From contig QPMI01000010.1 in assembly GCA_004431415.1 (NCBI GenBank), positions 434,001-498,000 of the forward strand: a stretch of DNA of 64,000 nucleotides. Direction: 5' to 3'. A program made the position numbers and the translations under genes. The notes beneath the pieces are model-generated. The model did no database searches. It worked only from the letters and a program-made list of their open reading frames with translations, and was not told the origin of the DNA. This stretch comes from Cyanophora paradoxa CCMP329. Its lineage: Eukaryota > Plantae > Glaucophyta. Shown in pieces: positions 11,938 through 23,900 of this stretch (position 1 is its first letter; every line of letters begins with the position of its first letter).

Positions 11938-14900
11938 ATGGCTGCTCCACGCCCCGAGCGCGTGCGCGAGCTTGCTGTTCCTTTTCGCGTCGACGCGGAC
12001 GGCTCTGGCATCGCGGAGATCGTCGCCAGGATCCCCGAGGTGCGCGATCCGGGCGCGCTGTCGTCGGGCGCTCAACACCTTGCTGCAGAGAGCGCGCATT
12101 GTGCTGATTGGTGGTGCGCCGACGTACGCGCGTCGCGGGACGAGTTCTGAGCGCGCGTTGCAATTGCATGCGCAGAGGCGAGCCACGGGACCGAGGAGTT
12201 CTACGCTGTGAGGGTGCTCGTTTCCGCTTTCCTTTGCGTGTCATTCTCTCGCCATTCTTCCCGCTTTACGCGCGATGGCGCCACACGCGGATGCATACGG
12301 GGCCGACCCGCGCGCTGGCGCCGACGTCAACACGCGCACCCCGGCCGCAGGCGGAGATCACCAAGCGCCTGATCGTCGAGCGGAACTTCAATGCCGTGGC
12401 CGCGGAGGCGGACTACCCCGTCCGCACGCGCCCGCTCTTCGAATTCGAATTCGAAATCCGCACTGCAGATGTACATGTACATGTGGCGCGGGGCCCGCTG
12501 ACGCCCTTCGAGCAGGACGCGGCGAGGGCGAACCGCTACGCACAGGGAGTCGGGCGCGACAAGAACGCGGAGAAGGCGCTGCGGGACTTCAAGCGGTTCC
12601 CGACCTGGTAATTATAAGCCATGTGCGCAGCTCGACGCCGGGACTGGACGAGTGAGGGATCGCCGGGCAGGATGTGGCGGAACAACGTCGTTGCGAACTT
12701 CCTCGTGCGCTCTACTTATAGATCATCGATCCGCGCGGGCCCGACTGACCCGGCCCGGCCCCAGGAGTGGCTCCGGGCGCACAACGCGGCGCGGGCGGAG
12801 GGGCGCGAGCCGGCCCGCTTCGTCGGCATGGACCTCTACTCGATGCTTGCCAGGCTAGCCAGCCAGCCCGGTCCCGGCCGGTCCCGGCCTCGCTTCGAAG
12901 TTCAAACTAGTACTTGAATGATCGACCCGCCGCTGACACTCGAAATTTGATCCAGCGCTGAGGCCGTCATCCAGTACCTGGCGAGGGGTACGCCTCCGAA
13001 TTCGATCTCCTCCTCCCCCTCCCGGGGGGAACGGCTGTCGCGTACTTATTTCCCTCCTCGAAGTGGACCCGGAGGCCGCGGAGGAGGCCAAGGACTAGCG
13101 CGCCGTACCCCCGCCGCCCTCTACAGCTACCTCCACGACGCTTACCCTCCCTACCCCCCCCCTCCCCCACCCCTACCCCCAGTTACGCGTGCTTCGAGGG
13201 TCACGAGAGCCCCCAGGTTCGCGCCCGCTCGCAAACCTGTCTATGCCCCCTTCTCAGCCTAGAACGGGCCCGTACCCGCGTCCGCGCTGCCTGGCCTAAA
13301 CTCTCCGTGCGCAGACCTATGGGAAGCTTGCGCGGCTCGGGGCTACCCCTTCCTGCGAGAGCGAGGGTACGCGCGCTCACGAGCCTCTTCTCCCCGCCCC
13401 CCCCCCCCCCCCCCCCCCGCCCGCCCCCCTCCCGGTTCGACTTCGGCGCAGTGGTCGCAGCCCTTGTGGACCTGCAGCGCCGCGGCCGGCGGCTCGTCGC
13501 CACCGCCTCCGGTTCGGATCCCGCGCGCCCCCGGGCCCCGCCCCTAACTTCACCTGAGCCCGGTTCCCCCCCCCCCCGGCCCCGTCCCCGCAGAGCGCGA
13601 GGGTGGCCGTCGCCTCGCGGAGGACGCCCTTTTCGTGCGCAGCGTTCCCGTATCCCCCCGCCCCCGCCGCGCTCCCGTACCCGCCGAACCTCCGCAGGAC
13701 GCGGAGATGAACGCGGAGCTTGTGAAGGACGCGGAGGAGTACTACAGGGCCCAGTTCGGGTCCGGCCGGCTCCCTTTCAAGTCAAGTAGCCTTCTCGAAG
13801 GCGTTGGGCTTAAGCTTTCGGCAGCGGTCGCGCGGAGAGCTGGAACCGGCGTGACACGTGCGCGGGCCTCTCGAACCGGAGATCCCGTCCCCCCCCCCTC
13901 TCTTAGCCCCTACCCCTCCCCGTCCCTTCGTTCGCAGGCACATGCGGGCGGCGGTGCTGCGGCTGGACGAGTTCCTCTCGAAGCGGACGGCGGCCGCGGG
14001 GCACGCCCCCCGCATCGTCCTCTGGGCCCACAACTCCCACCTCGGCGGTCCGTCCGTGCAAGTTTCTTACATATCATATCTTAGATCATGATCCGCTCTT
14101 CGTTTGCAGACGCCCGGTACACCGAATCTCGGATCCGAGGCTCGCCCCGCGCTCAGCCCTCACCTGACATCGGCCCGCCGCCCCTTGGTCTTCCCGTCTG
14201 AATTGGGCGGGCGGGCGGGCGGGCGCGCAGGGAAGCTGAACGTCGGCCAGCTGATGCGGGAGGCCTACGGCGAGGAGGACGTCTGCGTGATCGGTCCGCT
14301 TAGATCTGATCTGATCGGATCGGATCGGATCTGAGACTGATGTGGGGCAGGCTTCACGACCTACACTGGGACCGTCATGGCCGCCCGTGCGATCTGCGGC
14401 GGCCAACTCCCCTCGCCGCCCCGCCGCCCCCTTCGACCCCGTACCCCTCGCCCGCAGCCGAGTGGGGCGAACCGGGGCGCGTCTACAAGGCAAGAGACCC
14501 AGTACCCCTCTTACTCTCCCTCCCGCCCCCTGAGTCCAGCCCACGCAGGTCCGCCCAGCGATGAAGGAGAGCTGGGAATCGTTCCTCCACGGCGTCTCCT
14601 CCGTCGGCGTGGCGCGCCGTACCCCTCGCCATCTTCCCCCACTTTCCCTCGCCTCTGAAATATAGAGCAGGGCGGCTCCCCCGACTTCCTCATGGACTTT
14701 CGGTGCGGCTGTACCCCCTGCCCCCCCCCCCCCCCGGCCTTTTCAAGGTTTTGAGCGGGAGGCAGGGGGGTACCGGAGCTGGCGCGGGAGCTGGACTGGG
14801 GGGCCGCGGGCGGGCCCTCCTCCCCCTCTTCCTCCTCCTCCGCCTCCTCGTCGCGCCACCGGGGCGGGGGGTACCCCCGCGCCCACTCCGAGGGGGAGGA

Positions 14901-15350
14901 GCCCCGGAACCCCATCGAGAAGCTCGAGCGCTTCATCGGTCTACCCCCCTTCCCCCCTCTACCCCCTCTACCCCCTAAGCGCGCGGGCAGGGGTGATCTA
15001 CCGGCCCACGACGGAGCGCTGGTCGCACATGTCGTCCGCCCGCCTCGCCCGCCAGGCCCGCCCCGCCCCGCCCGCCCCCGCCCTGCCCCTAGGCCTACCC
15101 CGGGCCCCCCTCGGCCCTGGGCGCCCGCCCCTTGGCTACCCCCGCCCGCCCGCCCCTAGGCCTAGGCCTACCCCCGGCCCTGCGCGCCCGCCCCTTGTCT
15201 GCCCCTTACGGATCCTAGGCCCCACCCCCCGCCCCGCCCCGCCCGCCCCGCCCCGCGCTGCTGTTCGCTCTGATTGGGGCGCGCGCGCAGTTCGACCTCT
15301 GCGTCCACATCGACGAGACGGGCGCCCTGCGGCCCCTCGACCCCCTCTGA
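11938..15350 (+). CDS. Erythromycin esterase (EreA/EreB-like) family protein, many short introns
   Basis: IVLIG|EASHGTEEFY, AEITKRLIVERNFNAVAAEADYP, RFPTW|MWRN, FVGMDLYS, DAEEYYRA, IVLWAHNSHLG, LNVGQLMRE, ERFIG|VIYRPTTERWSH, QFDLCVHIDETGALRPL. Confidence 0.9.
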
Positions 15351-15635
15351 GGATCGCCGCGGAAGGAGAAGTCGAAACAAGAGGAGGCCGCAGTACACGC
15401 CACGGTGCAAGCGGGGACCCCTGCATGTAAATAGACGTCGACACCCCCGGCCCAGAGCAAGATCGAGCTCTCTCGGTCAATGCGCATGTAATCAACGGAC
15501 CAGACGCGTGCCGGCCGCGCCTGGCATCTACGCGCCGCGGCGCATGTGAAGTGAGAGATCTAGAGCCCTTATTTACAGCTTCAAAAAGGAGGGCGGGAAA
15601 GGAGCGGATGGATCCGAATCAGGCTGTAGCTCTAG

Positions 15636-16900
15636 CTAGAAGTGGCCGATGTGGGACGAGTTCATGAGGACGTGCGCCCGCTGCTCCATCGGCTTCGAGA
15701 GGGACCGCCGCGCGAGGGACACGCCCCCCAGCGTCAGCCTCGGGACCTGCGGGGGGGGGGAGTCGGCGGGGGGTACGTGGGGGTTAGGGGGGTACGTATA
15801 CGTACATCCATGTCGCGGATGTTTTGGAGGGACATCGCCTCCAGGGAGCGCGCCTGGCTCCATATCAGCTCCTCCACGTCGCGCTCCTGCGCCGAAAGGG
15901 CCGGTCAGGGGAGGGGTACGGGAAGCGTTTTCGTTCGTGGAGGGGGGTACGGAGAACGTGCCTGGGCGCTCCTGCGCTCGTCGATGCGCTGCTGGAGGCG
16001 GGCGCGCGCGGACTCTTCGGCGCCGTCCTCGACGCTGGCGCCCCGCCGGCCGGCCGCCTCCGCCGCCGCCGCTTCCCGCGCCTTGCGCCGCGCCTCGCGC
16101 GCCGCCGCCTGGACCCTTGCCAGCGCTCGGTCCGTGCTCGCCTGCAGAAGAAAGGTCAGCCTCCCGCGTAGCCTCTCGGGCGGCCCTGGACCAAAGAGCA
16201 CAGCGCGCCCTGATCTCGGGCTCCGGTTCGGACTCGTAGAACTTGAACGCAGCGCGGGCGCTCCGCGGCGTCGCTTTCGTGCGCTGCTTCATAAAGTAGT
16301 AATAGTGATCTACTGTGTCTAGCGGCAGCGGCGGCACCGCCCCGCGCTTCGGCAGCGGCGGCAGCTGCGTCGCCTCGGGCGGCCCCTCCTGCCGCGCGGG
16401 CGCCGGCGTGAGGCGAGGCGAGGCGGATATCTAGAGCGAAGAGAGAGCACGCGTCTCTACTCACCGCATCGCGAGGCGGCGGCGCGGGCGCCGACGGAGC
16501 CGGTGCCAGCGAGACGGACGAGGTTGGCTTTGATGGCGGTCGGGGGGACCGGCTGGAGTTGGCGGGGCTTTTTGATGGCGGCCGCGACTGCGGACCGTCT
16601 CGCGGTCAGCGGTAACCGCTGTAACGGGCCCCCGAGCTGGCGGCCAGACCGGGGAGCGGCGGCACAGCGGGTGGTGCTACCTAAGGGCGGAGCTAGCGAT
16701 CGCACCCTGGATTCGGCAGGATCTATCACTTTCCACCGCCCGTCGGGCCCCTCCTTGAACTTCAGGTTCGCGTAGTCGCGCTCTGCGGCGGATCCTCAGA
16801 AACGAGCGCCGGCCTTAGCTATGAGCGCACCTCCATCTCGCGGAGGCATCCCGGGCCGAAAAAGTCGCTGTGGGGAAAGATGGGCTCCGTATCGCGTACC
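15636..16900 (-). CDS. Hypothetical multi-exon coiled-coil protein (5' end uncertain)
   Basis: Coding-like exons (ARVQAAAREARRKARE..., ERDVEELIWSQARSLEAMSLQNIRDM, VPRLTLGGVSLARRSLSKPMEQRAHVLMNSSHIGHF*) separated by intron-like spacers. Confidence 0.45.
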
Positions 16901-17480
16901 CGTCCTGTCACGACAGCCTTCGACAGGCTTCGACAGCCATCGGCACTAGCGAGCAAGCGTGACCCCGCGTTACACGTCGGCCTCAGCGCATTCGCGTTGG
17001 CGTAGCTAAAACAGGAAGCTCGAGAAGCGCACACGCCTGAGCCAAGCAGGTTGAGCTTACAGCTAATGCCTGGGCTGGAGGCGCCCGGCCCTTCGTCCGG
17101 GGAGGGAGGCGCGCACGCGAGCGGCGTAGCATCCAATACGGGCGAATCGATGAGGCAGCAACGGCCACGCAGCGCCTCGCCGGATGTGAAGGTCAAAGAG
17201 TCGAAAGTTGTCCCCACGCCGCTCTCTGCGTCCCCCGCAGTGATCTATAGAGCGCCAGGTGAGCATACGCGGCTCATGTGATGCTTATGCGTTTAGAAGG
17301 ATCGGGGGGGCCGCGCGCATGCTTCAGCTAGAGCTCGAGCGAAGCGCGCGCTACACATGTACATGGCCGCACGTGAAGTTCGGGGCGCGCGCTGCCGCCT
17401 AACCAGAGCGACCCTCGGAGCGCATTTCTATAAAGAATTCATTCGATGCTGCCTTGCTGACGCGCGCGTCCGAACGGCAG

Positions 17481-20400
17481 ATGGCGCCCGGGTGCAATTA
17501 GCAGTCGACGAAATGGATCGGGATCTGGAGGCGAGCATAAACAGGCATCCCGACCCGAGCCACCATCCCAGCAAGCGCGACGTGTCTTCGATCGTCAGGA
17601 GAGGAGCCGATCGCCTCGAGCAGGCGGGCGTGAACCCGGGCCGATGCACCGTCACGCTCCGTACGCGGCCGCGACGCCGAGCCCCTCGTCCCGCCCCCGC
17701 CGCCGCTTTTGATCCGCGGCTGCGCCGCGCAGAGAACGTGAGCTGCTCGGTAAACATCGTCGACGAGAAGCGCGCGGAGGAGAAGGGCGGGATCTTCTCG
17801 CGCGCGAAGAAGGTGGAGCGTAAGATCCTGGACGGCGTCACGTGCTCCTTCCCGGTGCGCCCGGACTCCGACCCCCGCATCAAATTTGCCTGCTTCTATG
17901 AATTTGAATTTGAATTTCCCGCCCTCGCGCAGCCCGGAAGCCTCACCGTAGTCATCGGGAGCCGCGCCTCCGGGAAGACAACCATGCTCAAGCTCGTGCG
18001 CGGCCGTGAAATCGTACCCCCCTAACGCCGCGCCGGCTCACCGGCTCCCGGCTTCCCCGCAGCTCTCGGGGCGGCTGAGCTCCGAGATCCACGTCTCGGG
18101 CGATTTCCTCATCGACGGGCACAAGCCGGGGCCCTTGCTCGCCACCCGCCGGGCGGGGTACGTCGACGCAGAGGACGTGCGCAGTAACCCCCCTCCCCCA
18201 CCCCGCCTCTTCGCTCTGCCCACTCTCTGCGCAGGTCCACTTCGGTACCCCTCTCCGCCTTCGCCCCGCCTCCGCCCTTCCACTCTTGAACCCCGTACCC
18301 CCGCAGCCTACCTCACGGTCGAGGAGACCGTTCGCTTCGCCGCGCGCTGCCGCCTCCCCCGCGCTGCCTCCAACGAGGCAGTCGATGACGCGGTACCCCC
18401 TCCACTCCCCTCGAATCTCCGTACCCCCGGTCCGCGGTTTTTCTTACCCGCGCGCCCCAGGTCAAGAACGTGCTCGAGCTGCTGGCATTGAGCCACGTCG
18501 CTGGGAATCTGGTGGGGAACAGCCAGATGGGCGGGATCTCGGGCGGCCAGCGCCGGGTCCGCGCCGTCCCGTACCCCCCCCCTCCCCTGGGTTTTGAACG
18601 ACGCTGCCTCCGCAGCGCGTGACGATCGCCCTCGAGATGGTCGCCCACCCACAGCTCCTCATCGTGCGCGATTCACGTACCCCCGGCGCCTTCCTCCACT
18701 CAGCTTCGCTCGCCTCTCAGATGGACGAGCCCTCGACGGGCCTCGACGCCCCCATGACCCTCGACGTGCGCCCTGTACCCCCTCCCTTCCCCGCCCCCGT
18801 GCTCCCGTGTTTCCCGGTTCACCCGTACCCCCCGCCCAGATCGTGACGGCGTGCCGGGAGTATGCGCGGCGGGGCCGGACCGTCGTGATGAGCCTGCTGC
18901 AGCCCAGGTACGGCCCCCGCCCCCCGTCCTTTTGGGAAGCTTATTTCTAACGCCGTACCCCACCACTCCAGCGAGGAGGCCTTCATGATGTTCGACAACG
19001 CCGTACTCCTCTCCGCCGGCCGCGTCGTCTACTGCGGTGCGCGCGCGCGCGCGTACCACCACCCAACTCCACCCCCCGGCCCTGATCGCCCCGCCCCGCC
19101 TCGCGTTGCCTTTGGCAGGCCCCGTGTCGCAGCTGGACGCATACGTGCGGGCCCTCGGCTACCGCCGCCCCGACTACATCACCGTGCGCCCTCGAGCTCG
19201 GGCCCCCCCGTTCACGCCCCGTCCTCGGCCCTGGCCCCCGGCCCTGGCTTTTTCTTAGACCTTACTCTAGCCTAAGAGGGTCTGGCTAAGAGCGGCTCTC
19301 CTCGAGCCTTCTTCTACTCTCTAGAGCGGCCGTCCAAGCTCCAGCCACTCACGCCCCTCGCCCCCCCCCCCACCTGATCTGATCCGACCCGATCTGACCC
19401 GACTTCCTCCCCCCCCCTCAGGTGCCCGACTTCGTGAACAACGTCCTCGAGCCCGAGTCGGCCTCCCTCCACGACGACTGCCTGCCCCCGGGGGGCATCC
19501 TCTCCAAGCCCCGCCTCATCGCCGCCTACCAAGCATCCCCGCTCCGCCCCGTGCGTCCTTCTTAAGCCCCTCTTAAGCTGTGTCCTTCTTGGTCTCTCTG
19601 CTCTCCACCCGGTTGCCGTGCGCTGAGTTGCGTCTCGGGGGTCCGGTCCGCAGAAGGTGGAGGACGAGACGCAGCGGGCCCGCGCCGAGGGCGCCGCCTC
19701 CCCCCACACCGACGTGCGCACGCGCCCTCCGCGCCCCGCCCCGCCCTGCCCCGGCCTTCTACGCGCTGGCACTCCTTCTATGTTAATCTTAGCGCGCGCC
19801 CCGCCCCCCGCCCCGCCCCTGTCTCACTGGTAGTATGTGCACGCAGCACCACGCGGCGTACGCGCAGGGCGTGCTCTTCACCCTCTGGCTCTGCCTCCTC
19901 CGCGAGGTCTCCCTCCGCCGCCGCAACAAGCAGCAGTTCAAGGCCAGGCGCGCCCGCGAGCGAGCGCTGCCCGCCCCACCCCTCCCCCTTGAAGAAGAAC
20001 ATAGGATAGAAAGAAGGCCCCCTCTCCTCCGCCCCTCACCCCTCCCCCCACTCCTCACCACCCCTCCTCCTCCCCCGCAGGATCATCCAGTCGCTGGCGA
20101 CGGGCTTCATCTCGGGGACCCTTTTCCTGAACCTGCCGCACACATTCAACGGCGCCGTCCTCCGCATCGCCATCGTGCGCCCCGCCCCGGCCCCCCGCGC
20201 TTGACTCGGCTCGGCTCGGCTCGCCTTGTAAGAGCCGTTCTAGTCTCTCTTATCTGATCTAATCTAGTAATCGCCATCGTGCGCCCGGCCCCCGCCCCGC
20301 TTGACTCTTAAGCTTAGGCGACCGAGTCTGGCCCAGCCTAGTCTTGTCTAATTATAAGCCACACCTAAGCCACTTAGGCTATCTCTCAACGGCGCCGCCC

Positions 20401-20957
20401 TCCGCATCGCCATCGTGCGCCCCGCCCCGCCCTACCACCGCCGCCGATCTTATCTTCTCCAGTCCAGTCTATTCTAGTCTAATCTAATCTAGTCCAGTCT
20501 AGTCCTAGTCTAGTCTAGTCTAGTTCTAGTTCGGCCGTCCTCCGCATCGCCATCGTGCGCCCCCACGCTTGGCCAGGCTTAGCTCGGCTTGAGTCAATCC
20601 TTATCTGATCTAGCCTAGTTCGCTCTAGCTTTAGTCCAGTCTAGTCTCTTTGGGGCCCTCGGCTGACTGACCCCCGCCCCTGCCCCCGCCCGCAGATCTT
20701 CATGTGGGGCAGCACCATGATGTACGCCCCCCGCCCGCCCCTGCCCTCCCCTTTCTTTTCTCTCCCATTTCTCACCCGCTCGCTCCCCCAGGTTCCAGCC
20801 GCCGGGCTTCATCCCCCGCTTCTTCGAGGAACGAAAGATGTTCTACATCGAGAACAAGTCCGGCTACTACGGCGCCTTCGCGGTCCGGCCCCGCCCCCGC
20901 CTCCTCTTAGGAAAACGACCTCGTCTGACCTATCTATCTATCTGACCTCGCGCCCCG

Positions 20958-20990
<33 letters not shown>

Positions 20991-23900
20991 CAGTACACGG
21001 TGGCGCGGGCGGCGGTGGACTCGCCCCTCGTCCTCCTCGACCTCCTCTGCATGACCTCCATCTGTCCGCACGCGCCTTCGCCCCCGACCCCGCCCCGCCC
21101 CGCCCAGATCCGCATCTAGCTGTAGATCCAGATCCAGATCCATCCATCTGTCCGCATGCACCCCGCCCCCGCCCCCCGCACCGCCCCCGCCAGATACAGA
21201 GCACCGCTCTATCCCCGCCACCAGATACAGAGCACCGCCAGCTGCGGCCAGACCCCGTTCCCGTCTCACGCCCCGCCACGCCCGCAGCGTACTGGCCGGC
21301 GGGCTTCACGGCGGCGGACAACGGGGGGCGCTACGTGACGATGGTCTTCGTCATGTGGCTCATCTACTTCGCTTCCTACGGGTGCACCCGGCCCAGCTCG
21401 TAGCTAGCTAGCTCGGCTCGGCTTGGCTTAGAGCAGCTCGGCTAGCTCCAGTTGCAACCCGCTCCGCCCCACCCGCGGCTCCACCGTGCACCCCGACCCA
21501 CTAGCTAGCGCCTCTAGCCCTCGCCATCGCGCCGCCCCGCCGCCCCAGCTCCATATGCACCTAGATCTGACGACGCCCCCCCTCCACCTCGCCTCGCCCC
21601 GCGTCCTCGGCTCCATACACGTCTGACGGGGCACCCCCTCGGGGGCGGCAGGTGGTGCCAGATGATCGTGGCGCTCTCGAAGAACGAGTCCCAGGGCGCA
21701 GTCATCGTCCCCGGTCCGGCCCCGCCCCGCGCTCCGATCTAAAGTTCTATTTAATACAATCTAATCTAATCTTATCTACAAGTTAACCTAATCTGAAATT
21801 TCGATCTTGCGTCGCCCCCGGCCCGCCCCGCCCCGCACGCCCCGCCCCGTTCCGGATGCCCCGCCTCGCACTGCCCCGCACGCCCCGCCCGTCCTCCTCA
21901 CCGGACGCGTTTGCAGGCTCGCTCTCGCTCATCCTGGTCTTTTGCGGCTTCCTCGTACCCAGGGACCTCATCCCCCAGGTGAATATAAGCTCAAGCTTGA
22001 GACTCGTAGACCCCTCTGATCTCGCGCCCCGCGCCCGGCGATCGCAGCCCTGGATTTGGATGGCGCGCCGCCCCGGGGCCCTCCCCCGTCCCCCCCGCGC
22101 CCCTTCCCTCGCCCCTGACCCCGGATCTCGCCCCGCCCTCCCCCCGCAGTACTACCTCTCCTTCCTCGTGTACCCCATCGAGGCACGTTCCCCGCCCCCC
22201 TACCCTCCCCCATCCTCCCCCTCCCCTCCTCCACCCCCGCTGCCTCAGGCGCTGGCGCTGCCCAGCCCCGCCCCACCCCTCCCTCCCCCGCCCCTCTGCC
22301 CTCTCTGACCCGCCTCAGGCGCTGGCGATCAACGAGCTGAAGGACCTGACGCTGGAGGGCGGCCTCCCCGGATCCGCCGCCCTCGACTTCGTGCGCCCCG
22401 CTCCTCCTCCTTCTTCTTCTTCTTTTAGAGATCTATGTTTAGATCTAGCGGGAGATTCGTACGCGTAGAAGAATATAGAAGATCTAGAGGCGCCCGTCTC
22501 CTTGGCCGGCTATAAGAAAACCGCGGGAGAAAAGGTCGGAGAGGGGCCTCGCTCTCGTTCCCCCCTGGAAAGCTTCCTCGGCTCACCGGTACCCCCCGAC
22601 CTCGGCCTCGGCCTCCGCGCGCGCAGTTCACGCTGCGGTCGGAGCCCGAGTGGGTGTGGCGCGACATCGCCATCCTCGTCCTCTTCATGCTCGCCTTCGG
22701 CGCCGCCGCCCTCGCCGCCTGGTCCTATGTGCGTCCAGCTTGTTGTTGGGGCCCAGCTCCTTACTATTATTAGAAGGAGAGCGTTAGAAGGAGGGGTCCT
22801 GCGTGCGTGCGTGCCCCCATTCGAAGGAGAACGTTAGATCTAGTATGCCCCCCCCCCCCCCCCCCCCCCCCTCCTGCCTGCAGCCGATCATGATCTGGGG
22901 CGCCCGCTACAATTAGAAGGAGAAGAACGTTAGGGTCCAGCTGTAGCTGATCGGGGGCGGGGGCGGGGCCTGCAGGTGCGGGTGGAGGAGGAGGTGCAGC
23001 CGCGCTTCGAGGACCTCGAGGGGGAGGAGGGGGAGGGCAAGGAGGGCGCCGCCCCCAAGTGCGGCCCGAGAGATAGAAGTAAAGGAAGAAAGGATGGGCG
23101 CGGGCTGACCGTCCGCGCGCAGCGTGTCAGTCGAGCTGGGCGCGCAGGCCCATCAGCACCGCCACGCCGAGGCGCGCCGAATCAAAGCCGGCCGCGTTTC
23201 GCCGGCTCAGCCGGCCCCGCGCGCGCGCAGGTGCTCATGACGTGGCGCGACCTCGGGTACTCCATCAAGGTCCGCTATGCCTCAGCAAGGGGGTGCGCCC
23301 TGTTCTGAGCGCGCGGCGCGCGCGGACTGCGCAGGACAAGCAAATCCTGACGGGGGTGACGGCCTACTGCAAGAGCGGCATGCTCATGGCCCTCATGGGG
23401 CCCTCCGGCGCCGTGCGCCGCCCTCGAACTCCTCGCCCGTTGTTAGCCCCCGCTGACGGGGCGCGCCCGGCCCGCAGGGGAAGACGACGGTGCATGGGGG
23501 CGGCCGCGGTGCTTTGGTCTGCGCCCCGGTCACTCACGCCGCCCCGCGCGCGCGCAGCTCCTGGACGTGCTGGCCGGGCGGAAGGAGCAGGGCAAGGTCA
23601 CGGGCGCGCCCGCACGCGTTCCCCTCCAGCTTCTACCGCCTCCTCTGACCTGCTCGAGTGCAGGCGACATCCAGATCAACGGGCGGCCGCGGGACCAGTT
23701 CTTCCACCGCCTCGCCGGCTACGTCGAGCAGTTCGACCTCCTCATCCCCGAGCAGGTCCGCCCGAATTGCAGCAAACGGTCCGAACCGCACTAAGCGACG
23801 CCTCAGACGGTGCGGGAGGCGATCGTCTTCTCGGCGCTGCTGCGGCTGCCCTCCTCAATGCCCAAGGAGGAGAAGATCCGCGTCGTGCGCCCCCGGCCCC

